Source: Candidatus Arthromitus sp. SFB-mouse-Japan (GTDB lineage Bacteria > Bacillota > Clostridia > Clostridiales > Clostridiaceae). Taken from it: a stretch of DNA of 32,000 nt. Made by a program: the position numbers and the translations under genes. Below the pieces are notes generated by a model, which did no database searches, was not told the origin of the DNA, and saw only the letters and a program-made list of their open reading frames with translations. This document shows, one piece after another, positions 29,919 to 32,000 of this stretch. Position 1 is the stretch's first letter; each line of letters starts with the position of its first letter. Location: positions 1,530,329 to 1,562,328 of the forward strand of contig NC_015913.1 in NCBI RefSeq assembly GCF_000270205.1. Direction: 5' to 3'.

Positions 29919-30740
29919 TATAATATCCTGCACAATTTTTATAACATCTCCTGATGAAATATAAGTTGATTCACAATCAGATAATTTGAATTTTTCATTT
30001 AACGCACAACTACTCATACCAATTATTTCTCCATTTATATTACATATAGGTCCACCTGTATTTAAAATATTAGTACAAAAATTGCTTTTTATAAACTTCA
30101 CTTCTCTATCTAAATCATCTTTAAGTATATTTATACCACTAACTACTCCAGGATAAATAGAATACGAATTAACCTTTCCAAAAGAATTGCCTATAGAAAT
30201 AACATTTAAACCATATGATACTTCTGATAAATCTTCTTTTAAATCTCCCTTGGTATAATCATTCCCATTTATTTTTAACAAACAAATATCACACTCTTTA
30301 TCATAACCAATAACTTTCGCTTCCTTTATGAAATCAAGAGCAGTCGGAAATTTCACATAAATCCTATCAGCATTCTTAATACCACTAAAATTCGTCAATA
30401 TGTATCCATCTTCAGAATAAATAATCCCTGTTAAATTATTTTGAAACAAATCTTCACTATCCCTTATATAAGCATTTACACTAACTATGGATTTATTTAT
30501 TTTATTCAAAACACTCACTATATTATAATCATACTCGTCTCCAAACCTATCATATCGTATACTATCATACATATCTGAAAAAAATACATTATGCACAAAA
30601 ACGCTTCCCATTATCCCAAACAAAAAAGAAATTATTGTATTTACTAAAATAACCCACAACATCTTATTTACATTTATCATTCTTTTTTGCTTAAATACTA
30701 TGTGGACCTTATCTCTACGCATATTTTCTCTATTAAACAC
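29904..30740 (-). CDS. Membrane-anchored HtrA/trypsin-fold (S1C-like) protein, probable pseudoprotease
   Basis: Single N-terminal TM, then SIVSVNAYIRDSEDLFQNNLTGIIYSEDGYILTNFSGIKNADRIYVKF...DICLLKING...VISIGNSFG...TNILNTGGPICNINGEIIGM. HtrA architecture with the catalytic motifs changed. No PDZ domain visible. Confidence 0.75.
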   Translation of the reverse strand: MFNRENMRRDKVHIVFKQKRMINVNKMLWVILVNTIISFLFGIMGSVFVHNVFFSDMYDSIRYDRFGDEYDYNIVSVLNKINKSIVSVNAYIRDSEDLFQNNLTGIIYSEDGYILTNFSGIKNADRIYVKFPTALDFIKEAKVIGYDKECDICLLKINGNDYTKGDLKEDLSEVSYGLNVISIGNSFGKVNSYSIYPGVVSGINILKDDLDREVKFIKSNFCTNILNTGGPICNINGEIIGMSSCALNEKFKLSDCESTYISSGDVIKIVQDIIKSAT

Positions 30741-30783
30741 AATAACCCCTACCTAAAATAAAAATTTATAGAACTTATTAATA

Positions 30784-32000
30784 TCAACTAGATAATTGCA
30801 ATGTGAAAATAAAACTAACTCCTTGTTCCTTAGTCCTATTTTCAACCCATATATCTTCTCTAAACTGAGATATTATATTCCTAACTATAGATAACCCAAG
30901 GCCAGTACTCCCTCTTCTAGTCCTAGACTTATCATTTTTATAAAATCTTACCCAGATATTATTAAATTCATCCTCACTTAAAAGTTTAGCTGTATTAAAG
31001 ATATTAACTACAGCTTTATTATTCTTTATTTTTGTAGAAATATTTATTCGTTTCTTATTATCACAATACTTAATAGCGTTAGCAATTAAATTATTTAAAA
31101 CCTGTACAAGTCTATCCTCATCAGCAACAACGTTTATAGAATTTTGTTCAAAAAATACTTCCATAACTATATCATTTTGCTCTATCTCCTGCTCAAAATT
31201 TTTAACTGTATACTTTATGAGAGAATTTAACTCTATTACTCTTGGTCTTAATGTAAATTTACCAGATTCTATAGCAGTTAAATCTAATAAATCATTTACA
31301 AGTCTAGATAATCTTTTTACCTCATCATATACGATAGTTAACTTTTCAATATGATCCTTAGGTGATATTATGCCATCTAAAATACCACTCAAAAATCCTA
31401 TAATCGTTGTAAGAGGTGTTCTCAATTCATGAGATACATTGGATAAAAACTCCCTCCTATTCGAATCAATTTTATCTAATGACTCTGCCATGTAATTAAA
31501 TGAATTTGATAATTCGCCAATCTCATCCTTAGAATTTATATATACTCGCTTACACACATCACCTGAAGCAAATCTTTTAGCTGTATTATTTATAATTTCT
31601 ATAGGTTTAACTAATATCTTCCTTAACAATAAATAGTAAATAACACCAATAATAATCATGAGAAAAATATATAAAATAATCATAAATACCTTAATATTCA
31701 ATAATTTTAAAGATATATAGCCATCATCTAATATTAAAGTAATAGAACCTTTGTAAATATTTGAATTATACAAAGGTTTAGTAAGTTTATACACTTTCTT
31801 TTGAAGATCAGAATCATATACACTAATTTTTGTTATTACATCTTTCTCAATATTTATTTGCTTACCTAACAGATTCTTATGTACTGAATTAGATACTAAA
31901 TAAACATACCCAATAGCATCTGATAAAATCAGATCAACCCCTGAATATTTATTAAATTTCTCAACATATTCCCATAAATATTTACTATTTTCAATTGTTG
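30784..32000 (-). CDS. Sensor histidine kinase (HAMP + HisKA + HATPase), 5' end beyond the right edge
   Basis: HAMP-like IINNTAKRFASGDVCKRVYINSKDEIGELSNSFNYMAESL, H-box NVSHELRTPLTTIIGF, N-box NLIANAIKYC, STGLGLSIV. The frame stays open upstream of the track start (GTG 31794) to position 32000. Confidence 0.88.
   Translation of the reverse strand, partial: TIENSKYLWEYVEKFNKYSGVDLILSDAIGYVYLVSNSVHKNLLGKQINIEKDVITKISVYDSDLQKKVYKLTKPLYNSNIYKGSITLILDDGYISLKLLNIKVFMIILYIFLMIIIGVIYYLLLRKILVKPIEIINNTAKRFASGDVCKRVYINSKDEIGELSNSFNYMAESLDKIDSNRREFLSNVSHELRTPLTTIIGFLSGILDGIISPKDHIEKLTIVYDEVKRLSRLVNDLLDLTAIESGKFTLRPRVIELNSLIKYTVKNFEQEIEQNDIVMEVFFEQNSINVVADEDRLVQVLNNLIANAIKYCDNKKRINISTKIKNNKAVVNIFNTAKLLSEDEFNNIWVRFYKNDKSRTRRGSTGLGLSIVRNIISQFREDIWVENRTKEQGVSFIFTLQLSS

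Overview
This AT-rich, low-GC Firmicute window carries a compact housekeeping and sporulation gene set. The content, gene order and reduced character suggest a reduced clostridial endospore-former; similarity to segmented filamentous bacteria (Candidatus Arthromitus/Savagella) is my inference and was not searched. Most genes are on the minus strand, in clostridial/bacillar order: histidine kinase (partial, right edge), HtrA-like protein, pth, mfd, two PrsA/SurA-like foldases, spoVT, spoVB-like flippase, HU, rqcP/yabO, yabP, yabQ, divIC-like, S1-domain protein, tRNA-Leu(UAA), tRNA-fMet, tRNA-Met(CAU), spoIIE, tilS, hpt, ftsH, dusB, greA, lysS, clpX-like, glyS, and at the left edge speA-like, tmk and holB (partial). 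corA-like, an S66 LD-carboxypeptidase and murD are on the plus strand. I saw no mobile element, CRISPR array, defence island or toxin module, and nothing that supports a wholly new system. The points most worth a second look are: (1) an HtrA-fold protein that lacks the catalytic His and Ser; (2) a ClpX-like ATPase without an RKH loop and with an altered IGF loop, encoded away from clpP; (3) a CorA-family protein with GSN in place of GMN; (4) an initiator tRNA with a U1-A72 pair; (5) overlapping inverted repeats that could sequester the yabP ribosome-binding site; (6) conserved gene slots that are empty (mazG, yaaQ/yaaR); (7) tandem foldase paralogs, one with an acidic/His insertion.
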